Below, piece by piece: positions 11,201 through 21,225 of a stretch of DNA of 64,000 nucleotides. The notes beneath the pieces were generated by a model. It did not search any database. It had not been told where the DNA came from and worked only from the letters and a program-made list of their open reading frames with translations. Source of the stretch: an archaeon. Its GTDB lineage: Archaea > EX4484-52 > WAPT01. Made by a program: the position numbers and the translations under genes. The DNA lies in the NCBI GenBank assembly GCA_029258795.1, contig JAPDKB010000002.1:1-64000 (forward strand), written 5' to 3'. How positions within the stretch are numbered: position 1 is the stretch's first letter; each line of letters begins with the position of its first letter.

Positions 11201-14200
11201 CGGGGATGTAATACACATCAAGATAGGAAGCGGGACAGCTCCAGCAACAGGGACAATGGTCAATTTTAATACGCCCTTCTCCACAACAGAATATGCAACG
11301 ATAGTAACAGCAGCGGACGAGGATGATACTCAAATAGCGATGTATGGAGCAAAATCAATGTCCAAATTTAACGTGAAATGTGAAGACGATAGGGGTGGGA
11401 ATGAGGATTGTAACTTCAACTGGATAGCAATACCTTATGGAGAATACAAGAGGGGAGATCTGATAATTAAGGCTGGTAGCGGATACGCTTCTCCAACGGC
11501 AACTATAACGTTTAACTCCCCCATGCCCACAAACAATTATGCAGTGTTACTAACAGCAGAGGATGAAGATGACACACAGATAATGATGTACGGATCCAAG
11601 AGCACAACAGGATTTTCTGTGAAGTGTGAGGATGATGGAGGCAGAAACGAAAACTGCAACTTCAACTGGATAGTCATACCCTACGGCACTTACCAGCTTG
11701 GGGATCTTGTAATCCAGGTAGGAACTAATGTTACTTCGGGAGGGGATGCGACTGTTGCTCTTAACTCCCCCATGCCCACAAACAATTATGCAGTGTTACT
11801 AACAGCAGAGGATGAAGATGACACACAGATAATGATGTACGGATCCACATTTATCTCAAGTTTTAACGTTAGGATGGAAGATGACAGAGGTGGAGGTGAA
11901 ACTGGTAGTTTTGATTGGATGGCTATTACTTATGGAGAATATGACTTTACAGAGTCCAAAATGATAGATACAGAATCGCAACCTTACATCTATAATGATG
12001 TCTTCACCGCTGATCTGGATTCACTCTACAGCATTGAGATTGTGGTGGAAACTTCTTACTACGATCCATCAGCATCCGTGCTTAACAACAACGCCGAACC
12101 GGATCTGGAAGTGCTGGTGTTTAATGGAAGCGGTTTTGAGAGTGCAGGCATCCTTAACCTGCCTTCTTTTTACACATCATCAACTCCGGACAGCAGAATC
12201 CATAACTTCACAATAGTTATTGATGACGCTGACGTACTTTCAGCATGGCTTTCGGATCCCTCCAACAGAGACATAGAAATAAGGGGTGTTTATCTTGACT
12301 CCTACAATGAAACAACCATTGACAAGATAAATTACACCGGAGTGTGGGTCAGATTGGTTGAGAAACCCGGATCCGAGCTGAGAAATGTTGGTGATGTGGA
12401 TGTTGCAGGATATCTTAAACTTTCCGTGGAAAAGAGAACGTCCACAAACACGTGGAATGAGATTGCCGTGGTGATGAACGATCTTGCAAACTCATCAAAA
12501 AGGGCTGTGCCAGCAGGAACATCACTAAACCTCTCCCGGCTTTGGGAGAGTGCGGGGGGCTGGAATCCCAATGGATCGGTTGGCACATACAGGGTAAGAG
12601 TCGAATTCCTTGATGAGGACGGAAATCCGATCGTGGATGAAAGAGGTAATATTCTTCAGGCATTTTGGGAGTTTGAGGTGGCACTGTTTGACAGCATTAA
12701 CGCCACACCAAATGTGATCGGATACGGAGAGCAAACAACCCTCTCTGCTGTTGTCACGGACGAAAGCATAGTATCCAATATGTCCGTGGTAGTTGTTGAT
12801 CCTGAGGGAAACAATTATGAAATGAAAGCAGTGAGGGTTTCCCAGAACACATACGCAGCAAACTTCTCAACCACATGGAAGCTTGGAAGCTACACCTATT
12901 ATTTCATCGCAAACCTAAGGGACGGAAGCTCTGCAACAAGCTCCTCATCAGTTTTCAATGTTAGCGCAAACACGATTCTAAACGTTTACGTTGAGAATGA
13001 CACCTATGGCCCCTATGAGGATGTGAATTTGAATCCACCAAAAACCGACTGGTGGAACAAGGTGTGGCACTATCGAGTTATGGTGAATGTGTCAGTTCAG
13101 AATCAGCACACCAACTTCCCCATAGAGCTGGATGTTAACTTCACCCAGCTTTTCCAGCAAGCTGGATGCAGCTCCTGTACTTTAGATGTGAATTCGATAA
13201 GGGTGGTTGAACACGGAAATGATGGAGATCCGCTTTATGAGGTGCCCTCAAAAACGTACTTCCCTGATGACTTTGATGCTGCCAGAAACGCAATTGCAAC
13301 CGTCATATGGGTGATGAACGGAACGACACCTGGGGGAACGACAAGAATATATTACATTTATTTCGATTCAACCTCCAATGGGCAGAAACCGGAACCATCT
13401 TACAATTTTTCGGTTAGATATTCTCCAACAACTAAAGGAGTTGAAATAGACGGGAAATACGTTGTTGTTTTTGATAGTGCTGGCGAGATAAAGGAGGTGT
13501 ATCTGCTCAACGGTTACACAGACCTAAGCTCCGGAGACTCCGGAGGGGGTAGGGAATACTGGTACTGGAGCTACGAATACTGGACGGGCTCAACATACTA
13601 CACTATGTCACCCAGATGGTGGAATCCTTTGATAACTTACGGACCAGTCGTGTGGATAAACGCCTCAGTTGAGAACGGCCAACGCTACACAGATGCGATA
13701 ATAAAGATTTACAAGCGCACGGATCACAGCTGGGTTTTGTGGCTGCATAACTGGCACAATAGATTTGATGAAGATGGTGGAGATGCGCTGATAGAGCACT
13801 TCGTTAACATTCAGAACAGTCCTGCGGGCAATGTTGATGTGAGAGAGTGCAATATGGCTGGAGGCACGCCTTCATGCAGTTACATAACAGTCTCACAAAA
13901 CGGAGGCGTCAATGTTGAGGGTTACGACTGGGTTGACGCAAGATTTTACAACGATGCAAACGAGCCGGAATTCTACATCACATACATCATGAAGAACGGA
14001 AGCTTTGTGGGATTTGATGATGTTCCGTGGGACTGGACGATAGAGAGAGTGGATCAGGCCCGTAATTTCGATAGAGTTGCCATCTCCGACAACCCCAATC
14101 GGGCAGTCCCAGCCGGGACAGAGTTCACGAGAGATCTTTTCATACTCATAACGGACAGTTCCGGCGGTTTTGCAGAGACAACCGAATTTTACAACGAAAT

Positions 14201-17200
14201 AGCGGACTGGCCTTCAATCAGCCTAAGCGGCGCTGAATTTCTCGATGAGTCTTCCTTCAACAATGTTGGAGAAACCGGCATTTACTTCTATCTTGAGGCA
14301 AGGGTGCAGAGGTGGGATGGTAGCAGCTGGGTGAGCTTCCAGCTTCCAGTTATAGATGATAGGGCAACATCAACATTGAGGTACCTCACTCCGGGAGAAA
14401 TGCTAAATATCTCCACCCTCTGGAACCCGATAGCATGGAACACAAGCGAGTATCAGGCTGGAACTTACAGAGTTTATTTCAGAGCTGTGGACCCATGGGG
14501 CAACACTCTCAAGAACGGTGATGGCACACTAATTGAAGGTTATGACACCTTCGAAATAATTCCGCCAAAACTTGAGCTCACAAGTCTCGAGCATGAAAAC
14601 CGGTATGAGCACAACATAAACGAGTATGAGATCACAGACACAATTTCATGGATAAACGTGACTGTGAACAATTATAATGCCACAGCCATAGATGCTAAGA
14701 TATCTCTCAACATTCTTGATTATGCTAAGAACACAGTTGACTGGGGCCCGAATGAAACTAAGCTCTGTGGAAGCATACCTGCAGGGGGGAGCTGTGAGGT
14801 CAAATATGATAATGGCTCAGCGGGATATCCTATTCCTGTGGATGCAACTCCCGGTACCTACACATTCCACTGGAATGTGACGATTGAGGCAAAGAACTAT
14901 CAGGCAACTACCAATACATCCCAGACTTTCGTGCTCCACCACATACCTTCCGGATTCAGCTCATCGATATATCCTTACAAAGTGCTGAATGGATCGTGGA
15001 CTACCTACAATTTTACGATGTACAACTTCTTCAGCAAGAATTTAACAGATGTAAATGTAACCATAAACTGCCCAGAAGGTGTTGGTATAACCTGCACCTG
15101 TTACGGAACATCTCAGCCTTACTGTTATCTCCCAGCACTTGATGCAAAAACAAATCACACTTTTTCTTTCAACATTTCAACATCTCCCGCAACACCAGTA
15201 GGAGAATATGTTGTTAATGTTACCGTTACTTACACCAACCCCGGGAATGAGGCGCACACTTGGTACGAGGTTGAGAGTCGGAGCTTTTTTGTCAAGCAGC
15301 CTTATCTGGATGTAAGGATAGTAACATACCCTATAAAGGTTACCAGGGGCTCAAGCTTTGTGCCGCTTGAGGGCTTTGTTAACAATACTGATCCGGACGG
15401 TAACAATGCTACGAACCTCTGGCTTAACTGGAGTTTGCCCGCCGGTTGGATAAATGCAACAGGCGAGCTAGGCAAATTCATAGCGGTGCTGCCTCCCGCG
15501 ACTCTCGCATGGAACAACATAACCGTCAATATTTCTCTCTCAGCATCTCTGGGAGAGCAGAAGGTCGTGCTGAAAGGTGAGAATCCTCAATGGTATGATT
15601 TGGATAAAAAGATTGTGGTGGTTTATGCGAACACGACCATACAACCCTACACTAATCAAACGGACCCTGCTCAGGGAGAAACAGTGTTGCTCAGGGCTAC
15701 GCTGCGCTACGATAACTCAACTCCGATCAGCTATGAGAACATAAGTTTTGTGGATGAAACGGCCGGCATTTTCATAGGATGGGATATAACTGATGCCAGT
15801 GGCGTGGCAGAGGTCACATACACTCTGCCATTAACAGCATCTACAGGCAATCACACAATCAATATGAGCTTTGATGGAAATGATGACAAATACATAAACC
15901 CAACACACTCGTTGCTCAACATCACCGTTCATGGCAAGCCCAATATAACGGCGATAGCGGCGTATCCGGACCCCCAGGGTTACGGTAAAAATGTGACCAT
16001 AAAGGCAAACGTGACATCAGTTGAGCCCGTGGATACCGTCATTGTTTACATTACCTACCCGAACGGAAGCACGACATCAATCACCATGCTCGAAACAGCA
16101 CCCGGAAGATACTCGGCAAACTTCTCTGATACATGGCAGCCAGGTAACTATTCGTATTATGTGGGGGTCAACACAACCGCATCAAAAACTGACAGATCTC
16201 AAACCGATTATTTTACCATTGAGGCGAATACCACAGCTTACATCCTCACGGATAAGGATTCCTATGAGCAAAATGAGAATGTAAGTTTTGTGGATCAGCC
16301 AGCAGACTGGTGGAACAGATCATGGCCTTATAGGGTTGAGGTAAATGTAACGGAAAAGGCAGGAGTCGATACCATAGGTTACCCGCTCGAGATTTCCTTC
16401 AATCCAAACGGGCATGTAAAAAGTGATTGCGAAGACATAAGAATTATAGATGCATCTTCTGGTTCGCTTATCAGATACAGGATGCTGAGCTGCACGTCAA
16501 CCAACGTTACTCTCTATCTCGAGCTCAACATCTCGGCAAACCAAAAAAAGACATACCACATCTATTACGGCAACCCGCTCGCAAGCGGAATGAGTGATGA
16601 CACGTTGTCTAAAATTGTGCCCGTTGGGTGGGAGACCCCCCACCCCTATCCAGCCAATATTGATTCGTGGAACTGTGATGGTACAGGGTGTTATGCTGGA
16701 GTGCCTGTTTATTCCGCACCTTTCACGGCAGTAGGCAACACTAAAGGCAGAGTTTACATGAGAGTGGTGGTTGAAGGTGATCTGGATGATCCATTTGAGA
16801 TATGGAATGGGGAGCAAACCACCAGATTTTTCCAGTTCGATCCAGGAGGTTTGGCGAATAACCCCTCATACTGGAATGGTGGAGATTACGGGTGGAGTGA
16901 TTGGTACAACACAGATGATTTCACTTTCCATTTTGCTTCAGACAGAAATTCAAACTACTGGGGTGTCGATGTGGTAAAAGCGGAGTTCGAGCTTGTCACC
17001 TTACCGACAATATCCGTTGGGAGGGAGGAAACAATCCCTAACCAGATTCTCAATACGGGCAACACAAGCTTTGAAGGTTATCTCACAATGAAAGTGCAGC
17101 GCAAACTCACCAATGGCTGGCAGGATGTGGATGTTGTTGTGAACGACCTTCATGTTGAGCTAGAACCACTAGATTATGTCGATCTCGACTCAATTTGGAA

Positions 17201-20200
17201 TGGGGTTAAGTGGAACACAGATAATCTCGCTTCAGGCACATACAGAGTTGTTGCGATGCTTACTGATCCCGCAGGAAACCTTCTTGTGAATGGAGACGGA
17301 ACGTATATGATGTACTATGATGAGTTTGAAATATTACCACCACCGAGTATAATACAGCTTGTAAGAATAAAGGTTTACGATGTAACCAATTCAACCTCAC
17401 CCAGAACGGATACATCCAACCTTGAAAAAGAGGGTTTGAATACAACATTCCTGCTTTTCACAAACAGGACTTACAGGGTGGAGGTGATTATTCTCAACAA
17501 CGAAACGAGCCAGAACGACTGGTGGGTGAACACTTCAAGCGAGATAATGTTTGAAGGAATCAACCCTTCATGGAGTGTGGATGATATTAATGATGTATGG
17601 TATGAGATAGGTGGGATAGAATATGTGGGCGGCACATACGATCTCGGGCAGGTGTGGTGGGATCACTCGCTCGGTGGTGTTCTCCCGGTAGGTAGTACGA
17701 TGAAGCTATCATACATCGTAAACACAACATCAGATAGTTCTGAGATTCTGCCCGTGAGATTCTTCCTGAATGGCACATATTTCGTTCTGGAGGATAACTC
17801 AACATTCAAGGTTGTGAAAAGCGAGAACGAGCCACCAAAGCTTTACAACTCAATCTATGGTTTAACGCCCTCTGATGTTATTAGAGATGTTGATGACTTA
17901 TCTCTTTATGCGAGATGGAACGAGGAGATAAGCCAGGCGAACTTCAGCGTTGAATACGCAAGCGGAAAATGGATCAACTCAACTCAGAACTACGACATCT
18001 ATTACTTACCACCTCCGCCTCCAGAAAACTGGACCAACTACACCACCCAGACTAATCTCTCGTGGAGCTTGGGAGAGCACAGGGCAAAGATAGCGGCAGC
18101 AGATCTGAATGGCAATTGGAACGACACCCTACCTTATTTGACTTTCACCGTGTGGGGCAGAGCTTATCTCAAGAAAATTTATGCAGACCCTGATCCTGTG
18201 GTCTACGGACAGAACACCACCATTTATTGCCGTGTTGTGGCAGACAACGGAAGCGGCATATTCAACTATTCTGTGCAGTTCTATTATTATGACAGCGGCT
18301 GGAGGTTTATAGGAGAGAACAGAACAAACGAAAGCGGTTACGCTTCCATGGTCTATCATCCCGAGTTACTAGGACACATACCAGTAAAATGCATAATAGG
18401 GGATTATGAGGAAAAGTACTGGATTGCTACCGTGCAAGAGATAAACACATCGGTCTGGGTGGTTGAAATACAACCGCCATGGTATGACATCTCATCGGTT
18501 GGATCCAACACGACGGTTGTGCATAAGGGTGACGCTGTGGAGCTTTATACCCTATGGTATGATGATTATCAGCTTGATAGTGCTTGGGTATCCACCAATG
18601 AGAGCGGAAGTTTTGTGAATAATTCACTGGCATCATCTATTAAGCTGAACGGCACAGTGGACTGGAGCAACTTCACAATACAGATTCCAACCACAATGGC
18701 TCCTGGCTACCTTGGATGGAAGATTTATGCTAATGACACCTCAGCAAATGTCAATGGAAGCATGCCAGCAAACGTCATTGAGGTATGGGGCTGGGCCGAG
18801 ATAAGGGACAGCATTAGTGAGGATGAAGCCTATCTCCATCCATCATCCATACTTCCTGGAGGCACAACAACTATGTACTGCAGGGTTAGGGATGTGAATG
18901 GGAGTGGTATAGCTAACTACAACGTTTCCTTCTATGAGAACGATGTTTTCTTGGGGTGGAACTTGACCAACGCTACGGGATGGGCCACATTCACGTTTTC
19001 TGAAAGTAATGAAGGCACTTACACAATCAAGTGTAACATAAGTGATGACCCCGTTCTTATGTACAACGCTACCTCAAACAATTACGGCACAGATATTCTG
19101 GTTGTGGGTTACGACACAACACCCCCTTACTTATTTAACAATGTGTACGGAATCAACACAACAAAAGTTTACAAGGGCCAGAGCCTCCTCATTTATGCAA
19201 GGTGGAATGAAACCGTAGGAGAAGCAAGAGTTATCATGAACACAACAAAACAAGAGCTCTCAAGTTATCCGATAAGCTTACCATCTCCCAACTCTCAAAA
19301 CTGGACAAATTACACCATAACTACCAACTCATCTTGGATTACAGGCACACACCATGCAAAAATAGAGGCAAGTGATCAAGTTGGCAACTGGAACGACACC
19401 CTTCCTTTCCAGACGTTTGAAGTTTGGGGTTATGCCAAAGTTTTCTGGCAGGAACCCATCGGTATAGCGTATAGAAGTGATAGTATACCTCTGAAATGTA
19501 AGGTGGTGGATAAGAGTAACAATAACGGTATAGCAAACTATCCGGTAAAGTTCTATGATACGGACTGGGTCTACATCGGCATGAACTACACGGATGCAAA
19601 TGGTATTGCTACCATGAATTGGAACGCTTTATCCTATCCTCCAGGAGACATGACGCTGCACTGTATTATAGCAACCAATTCCACCCTCTTCTACGAAGTG
19701 AAGTCCGGGGATGATGTGGCGGATGGAGCGATAACCCTCTACGGAAATCTGAGCGTGGTGATAGACAGTCCCACTAACAACGCGAACCTGACGAAAGGAC
19801 AGATGGTGTGGCTGAATTCCACAATTTATGAGGACAATGGTAGCGTAACTTCAGCAACAGTTAACTGGTACCTCAACGGAACGAACATAGCAAGCGGAGA
19901 GGATGTACAGTGGCAGGTTCCTTACGATGCGACTCCGGGCAGATACGTGCTGAAGGCCAACGCAACAAAGCAGCACTACGTGCCCGACGAATCAAGTATC
20001 AACGTCAGCATCTTCGGTTACGCTAAAGTCAGCTTCGTGAGTCCAGCATCAAATTCTTCCTATCCACAGGCATCAACTGTCCAGCTCGTTTGTTCGGTGA
20101 GTGATACGTACACAGGAGAAGGAATAGCAAACTACACCGTTCACTTTTATGTTAAGAATGAAACGGATGTATGGTATCTGGGTAACTCAACAACAAATTC

Positions 20201-21203
20201 AACAGGATTTGCAACTCTTAACTGGTATGTAAACCCAACGACATGGAACAATGGCACCTATAATGTGAGCTGTAACATAACCGACGAGCCAGCGCTTTAT
20301 TATTATGCTTCAAGCCTGAAAGAAGATACAATAATCATTAACATAACAAAAGCGGAAATTACAGCATGGTTGGAAGTCATAATGACCTCTCCTCCAGAGG
20401 GCTCCGCAGTAACAATCGCTCCAAACAGGACGTTTGTGTTGAACGCAACTGTAATCTGTCATCAGGACAACTGCGGAGAGGTCAGCATAAACGCGAGGTA
20501 CAACTCCACAGGCAACACTCCCGATACCACCATAACCAACCAGACCGGGGCTCAACCCTTCTACATTATTGGCAACGCAACGCAAAAATGCACACTTAAC
20601 ATCAATGAGAACTGTACTGTCACGTTTATCGTTAACGTCACGGCTTTGGCTGGAGAAATCTATGCTATAGATGTGAATGCATCATCCATAAACGCGTTCA
20701 TGAATGAGAGTGGCGATGCGACAATAGAGGTGCGTTACTTCCTCTTGCTAAATGTGACTCCCGAGTCCATAGCTCTGTGGTATCCGCCTCCCGCCGATTC
20801 ATCCCAACCCTACACAACCACCATAGCCACAAACGAGCTCGATCCACAAACGCGCGGTGCAAAGGGTAAGGATGTGATAAGCGTGAAGCTGGATGATTAC
20901 AGCGCGGATGCCAATGGAGGGCTGTGGGTGAAGGCAACGAATCTTGTGCCACCTTCCCCAAATAATTATGTGATAGCTGCATCAAACCTCACCCTCTGCC
21001 TCGGCTCTACTTACGACACTCCTATTGATGCGGAAGCATGTTTATCTTCCTCATCCAACCGACTGAACACCGACTATGTGCAGAGATTATCCGAGCTAAG
21101 GGCAGGAGAACTTGTCAACTTTACCCTCTTTATAGACATACCTGCAGTTCAGGCGGACAACTATGTTGGCACTCTAATCTTCCTTGTGAACGCAACATAT
21201 TAA
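8193..21203 (+). CDS. Giant (4336 aa) secreted adhesin-like protein: WDGxxW beta-propeller-like repeats, Ig-like modules, three lectin/tail-fibre-like repeats, two DUF2341-like domains
   Basis: Uninterrupted 13-kb ORF with a signal peptide. DWWNxxWxYRVxVNV motifs at ~13045 and ~16305. Dense sequons. Start may be ATG 8202. Confidence 0.85.
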   Translation: MWLMNENKLRYGRFAGIMLPVMIAVLLLPQVSYAKIVLSFEKVTLTSCEESNTAFAVVFDKNGDLIPNASVHLIYVCEGRSSLSVYEMKELFKGVYTAEFPARAGIPCDFVVVASYNGTAEVEETGSVVFPKNGVLVRRRFSRAIDPTTTPFVMVIEVDASDENNVTIIEIVPSPLVVEDAPDAEIIRTSNTTILIYRNLHGKEKLAYIARLPEEKGVVYSLGRMVIEDGKGDIVVEGYPAQIVADPVRRSDAFFFYTDGTNYVRYSIYDGSSLTSPYSTLDAQGTPLWIEVAAHPSKPEMVMASVADTGVAYAQVWNGSSWGNGVVLTTAAVTAYRSIDVAYEQKRGRAMVVYADGSSIPKYRIWDGSSWSDEGFAMDVGATVNIIELGSNPTSDEIIMVTADSARDENAQVWDGSAWTNLVELRNDAYANRQSFDVACQSISGTCFVFYADNDDRNAYYAVWNGVSWSYPNTACFFGDFVRTMEAASDPNSNRIVLMGVDRDSDVHFCYYDGSTWYDLGETATTSEQVYHAIDVEFEAKSGDAVFVYNDNTATPKYRILPYDSTSLTAQQSFPSSLDAEPYWIKMVSKKGSDEIALITLSAGNDVNAFVWDGSAWQSLGTLTTASSGSYRGIDVAYPLEYFAPSYDAWGITDGTRTYVSGDKVYRTQELIAYAHWENVSLAYLNHNGTGVFTNYTIPTPYTANWTNTTIDFSNGSQYPVTGKITFSIYAKDVDNVWNKTQPSITLELWGFAEVSDMWLSDSSINNGSYVVAYCKIRDNETLAGIAEYNVSFYLNSSFLGWNVTNSNGVAQLGWVDNTSNPQNPTVYNVSCNITDMPSLYYNASDKNRASTKLEVYSSDYDVTPPTINWIDVAPQPAGFGVEITITANITDDKAVDHVIAKITPPGEETASLNMVNISQDLWSVNYTGWKTGDYTLVIYAYDSNGNVGTATTAFSVRGNTSMTVSTSKKKYAPFEDVHLGKMTSYITSDLETSTKEVTTYYGGDVIHIKIGSGTAPATGTMVNFNTPFSTTEYATIVTAADEDDTQIAMYGAKSMSKFNVKCEDDRGGNEDCNFNWIAIPYGEYKRGDLIIKAGSGYASPTATITFNSPMPTNNYAVLLTAEDEDDTQIMMYGSKSTTGFSVKCEDDGGRNENCNFNWIVIPYGTYQLGDLVIQVGTNVTSGGDATVALNSPMPTNNYAVLLTAEDEDDTQIMMYGSTFISSFNVRMEDDRGGGETGSFDWMAITYGEYDFTESKMIDTESQPYIYNDVFTADLDSLYSIEIVVETSYYDPSASVLNNNAEPDLEVLVFNGSGFESAGILNLPSFYTSSTPDSRIHNFTIVIDDADVLSAWLSDPSNRDIEIRGVYLDSYNETTIDKINYTGVWVRLVEKPGSELRNVGDVDVAGYLKLSVEKRTSTNTWNEIAVVMNDLANSSKRAVPAGTSLNLSRLWESAGGWNPNGSVGTYRVRVEFLDEDGNPIVDERGNILQAFWEFEVALFDSINATPNVIGYGEQTTLSAVVTDESIVSNMSVVVVDPEGNNYEMKAVRVSQNTYAANFSTTWKLGSYTYYFIANLRDGSSATSSSSVFNVSANTILNVYVENDTYGPYEDVNLNPPKTDWWNKVWHYRVMVNVSVQNQHTNFPIELDVNFTQLFQQAGCSSCTLDVNSIRVVEHGNDGDPLYEVPSKTYFPDDFDAARNAIATVIWVMNGTTPGGTTRIYYIYFDSTSNGQKPEPSYNFSVRYSPTTKGVEIDGKYVVVFDSAGEIKEVYLLNGYTDLSSGDSGGGREYWYWSYEYWTGSTYYTMSPRWWNPLITYGPVVWINASVENGQRYTDAIIKIYKRTDHSWVLWLHNWHNRFDEDGGDALIEHFVNIQNSPAGNVDVRECNMAGGTPSCSYITVSQNGGVNVEGYDWVDARFYNDANEPEFYITYIMKNGSFVGFDDVPWDWTIERVDQARNFDRVAISDNPNRAVPAGTEFTRDLFILITDSSGGFAETTEFYNEIADWPSISLSGAEFLDESSFNNVGETGIYFYLEARVQRWDGSSWVSFQLPVIDDRATSTLRYLTPGEMLNISTLWNPIAWNTSEYQAGTYRVYFRAVDPWGNTLKNGDGTLIEGYDTFEIIPPKLELTSLEHENRYEHNINEYEITDTISWINVTVNNYNATAIDAKISLNILDYAKNTVDWGPNETKLCGSIPAGGSCEVKYDNGSAGYPIPVDATPGTYTFHWNVTIEAKNYQATTNTSQTFVLHHIPSGFSSSIYPYKVLNGSWTTYNFTMYNFFSKNLTDVNVTINCPEGVGITCTCYGTSQPYCYLPALDAKTNHTFSFNISTSPATPVGEYVVNVTVTYTNPGNEAHTWYEVESRSFFVKQPYLDVRIVTYPIKVTRGSSFVPLEGFVNNTDPDGNNATNLWLNWSLPAGWINATGELGKFIAVLPPATLAWNNITVNISLSASLGEQKVVLKGENPQWYDLDKKIVVVYANTTIQPYTNQTDPAQGETVLLRATLRYDNSTPISYENISFVDETAGIFIGWDITDASGVAEVTYTLPLTASTGNHTINMSFDGNDDKYINPTHSLLNITVHGKPNITAIAAYPDPQGYGKNVTIKANVTSVEPVDTVIVYITYPNGSTTSITMLETAPGRYSANFSDTWQPGNYSYYVGVNTTASKTDRSQTDYFTIEANTTAYILTDKDSYEQNENVSFVDQPADWWNRSWPYRVEVNVTEKAGVDTIGYPLEISFNPNGHVKSDCEDIRIIDASSGSLIRYRMLSCTSTNVTLYLELNISANQKKTYHIYYGNPLASGMSDDTLSKIVPVGWETPHPYPANIDSWNCDGTGCYAGVPVYSAPFTAVGNTKGRVYMRVVVEGDLDDPFEIWNGEQTTRFFQFDPGGLANNPSYWNGGDYGWSDWYNTDDFTFHFASDRNSNYWGVDVVKAEFELVTLPTISVGREETIPNQILNTGNTSFEGYLTMKVQRKLTNGWQDVDVVVNDLHVELEPLDYVDLDSIWNGVKWNTDNLASGTYRVVAMLTDPAGNLLVNGDGTYMMYYDEFEILPPPSIIQLVRIKVYDVTNSTSPRTDTSNLEKEGLNTTFLLFTNRTYRVEVIILNNETSQNDWWVNTSSEIMFEGINPSWSVDDINDVWYEIGGIEYVGGTYDLGQVWWDHSLGGVLPVGSTMKLSYIVNTTSDSSEILPVRFFLNGTYFVLEDNSTFKVVKSENEPPKLYNSIYGLTPSDVIRDVDDLSLYARWNEEISQANFSVEYASGKWINSTQNYDIYYLPPPPPENWTNYTTQTNLSWSLGEHRAKIAAADLNGNWNDTLPYLTFTVWGRAYLKKIYADPDPVVYGQNTTIYCRVVADNGSGIFNYSVQFYYYDSGWRFIGENRTNESGYASMVYHPELLGHIPVKCIIGDYEEKYWIATVQEINTSVWVVEIQPPWYDISSVGSNTTVVHKGDAVELYTLWYDDYQLDSAWVSTNESGSFVNNSLASSIKLNGTVDWSNFTIQIPTTMAPGYLGWKIYANDTSANVNGSMPANVIEVWGWAEIRDSISEDEAYLHPSSILPGGTTTMYCRVRDVNGSGIANYNVSFYENDVFLGWNLTNATGWATFTFSESNEGTYTIKCNISDDPVLMYNATSNNYGTDILVVGYDTTPPYLFNNVYGINTTKVYKGQSLLIYARWNETVGEARVIMNTTKQELSSYPISLPSPNSQNWTNYTITTNSSWITGTHHAKIEASDQVGNWNDTLPFQTFEVWGYAKVFWQEPIGIAYRSDSIPLKCKVVDKSNNNGIANYPVKFYDTDWVYIGMNYTDANGIATMNWNALSYPPGDMTLHCIIATNSTLFYEVKSGDDVADGAITLYGNLSVVIDSPTNNANLTKGQMVWLNSTIYEDNGSVTSATVNWYLNGTNIASGEDVQWQVPYDATPGRYVLKANATKQHYVPDESSINVSIFGYAKVSFVSPASNSSYPQASTVQLVCSVSDTYTGEGIANYTVHFYVKNETDVWYLGNSTTNSTGFATLNWYVNPTTWNNGTYNVSCNITDEPALYYYASSLKEDTIIINITKAEITAWLEVIMTSPPEGSAVTIAPNRTFVLNATVICHQDNCGEVSINARYNSTGNTPDTTITNQTGAQPFYIIGNATQKCTLNINENCTVTFIVNVTALAGEIYAIDVNASSINAFMNESGDATIEVRYFLLLNVTPESIALWYPPPADSSQPYTTTIATNELDPQTRGAKGKDVISVKLDDYSADANGGLWVKATNLVPPSPNNYVIAASNLTLCLGSTYDTPIDAEACLSSSSNRLNTDYVQRLSELRAGELVNFTLFIDIPAVQADNYVGTLIFLVNATY
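11512..11847 (+). repeat. Exact 87-bp direct repeat (11512-11598 and 11761-11847) inside the giant gene
   Basis: TTAACTCCCCCATGCCC...GTACGGATCCA is identical in both copies, compared base by base. Confidence 0.95.
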
Positions 21204-21225
21204 ACTGTTGGCGTACAGGTGAAGG

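Noticed and set aside
11512-11847. 87-bp repeat as a diversity-generating retroelement TR/VR pair
   Set aside because: The copies are identical with no adenine-specific mismatches, both are in frame in one gene, and no reverse transcriptase is present in the window.
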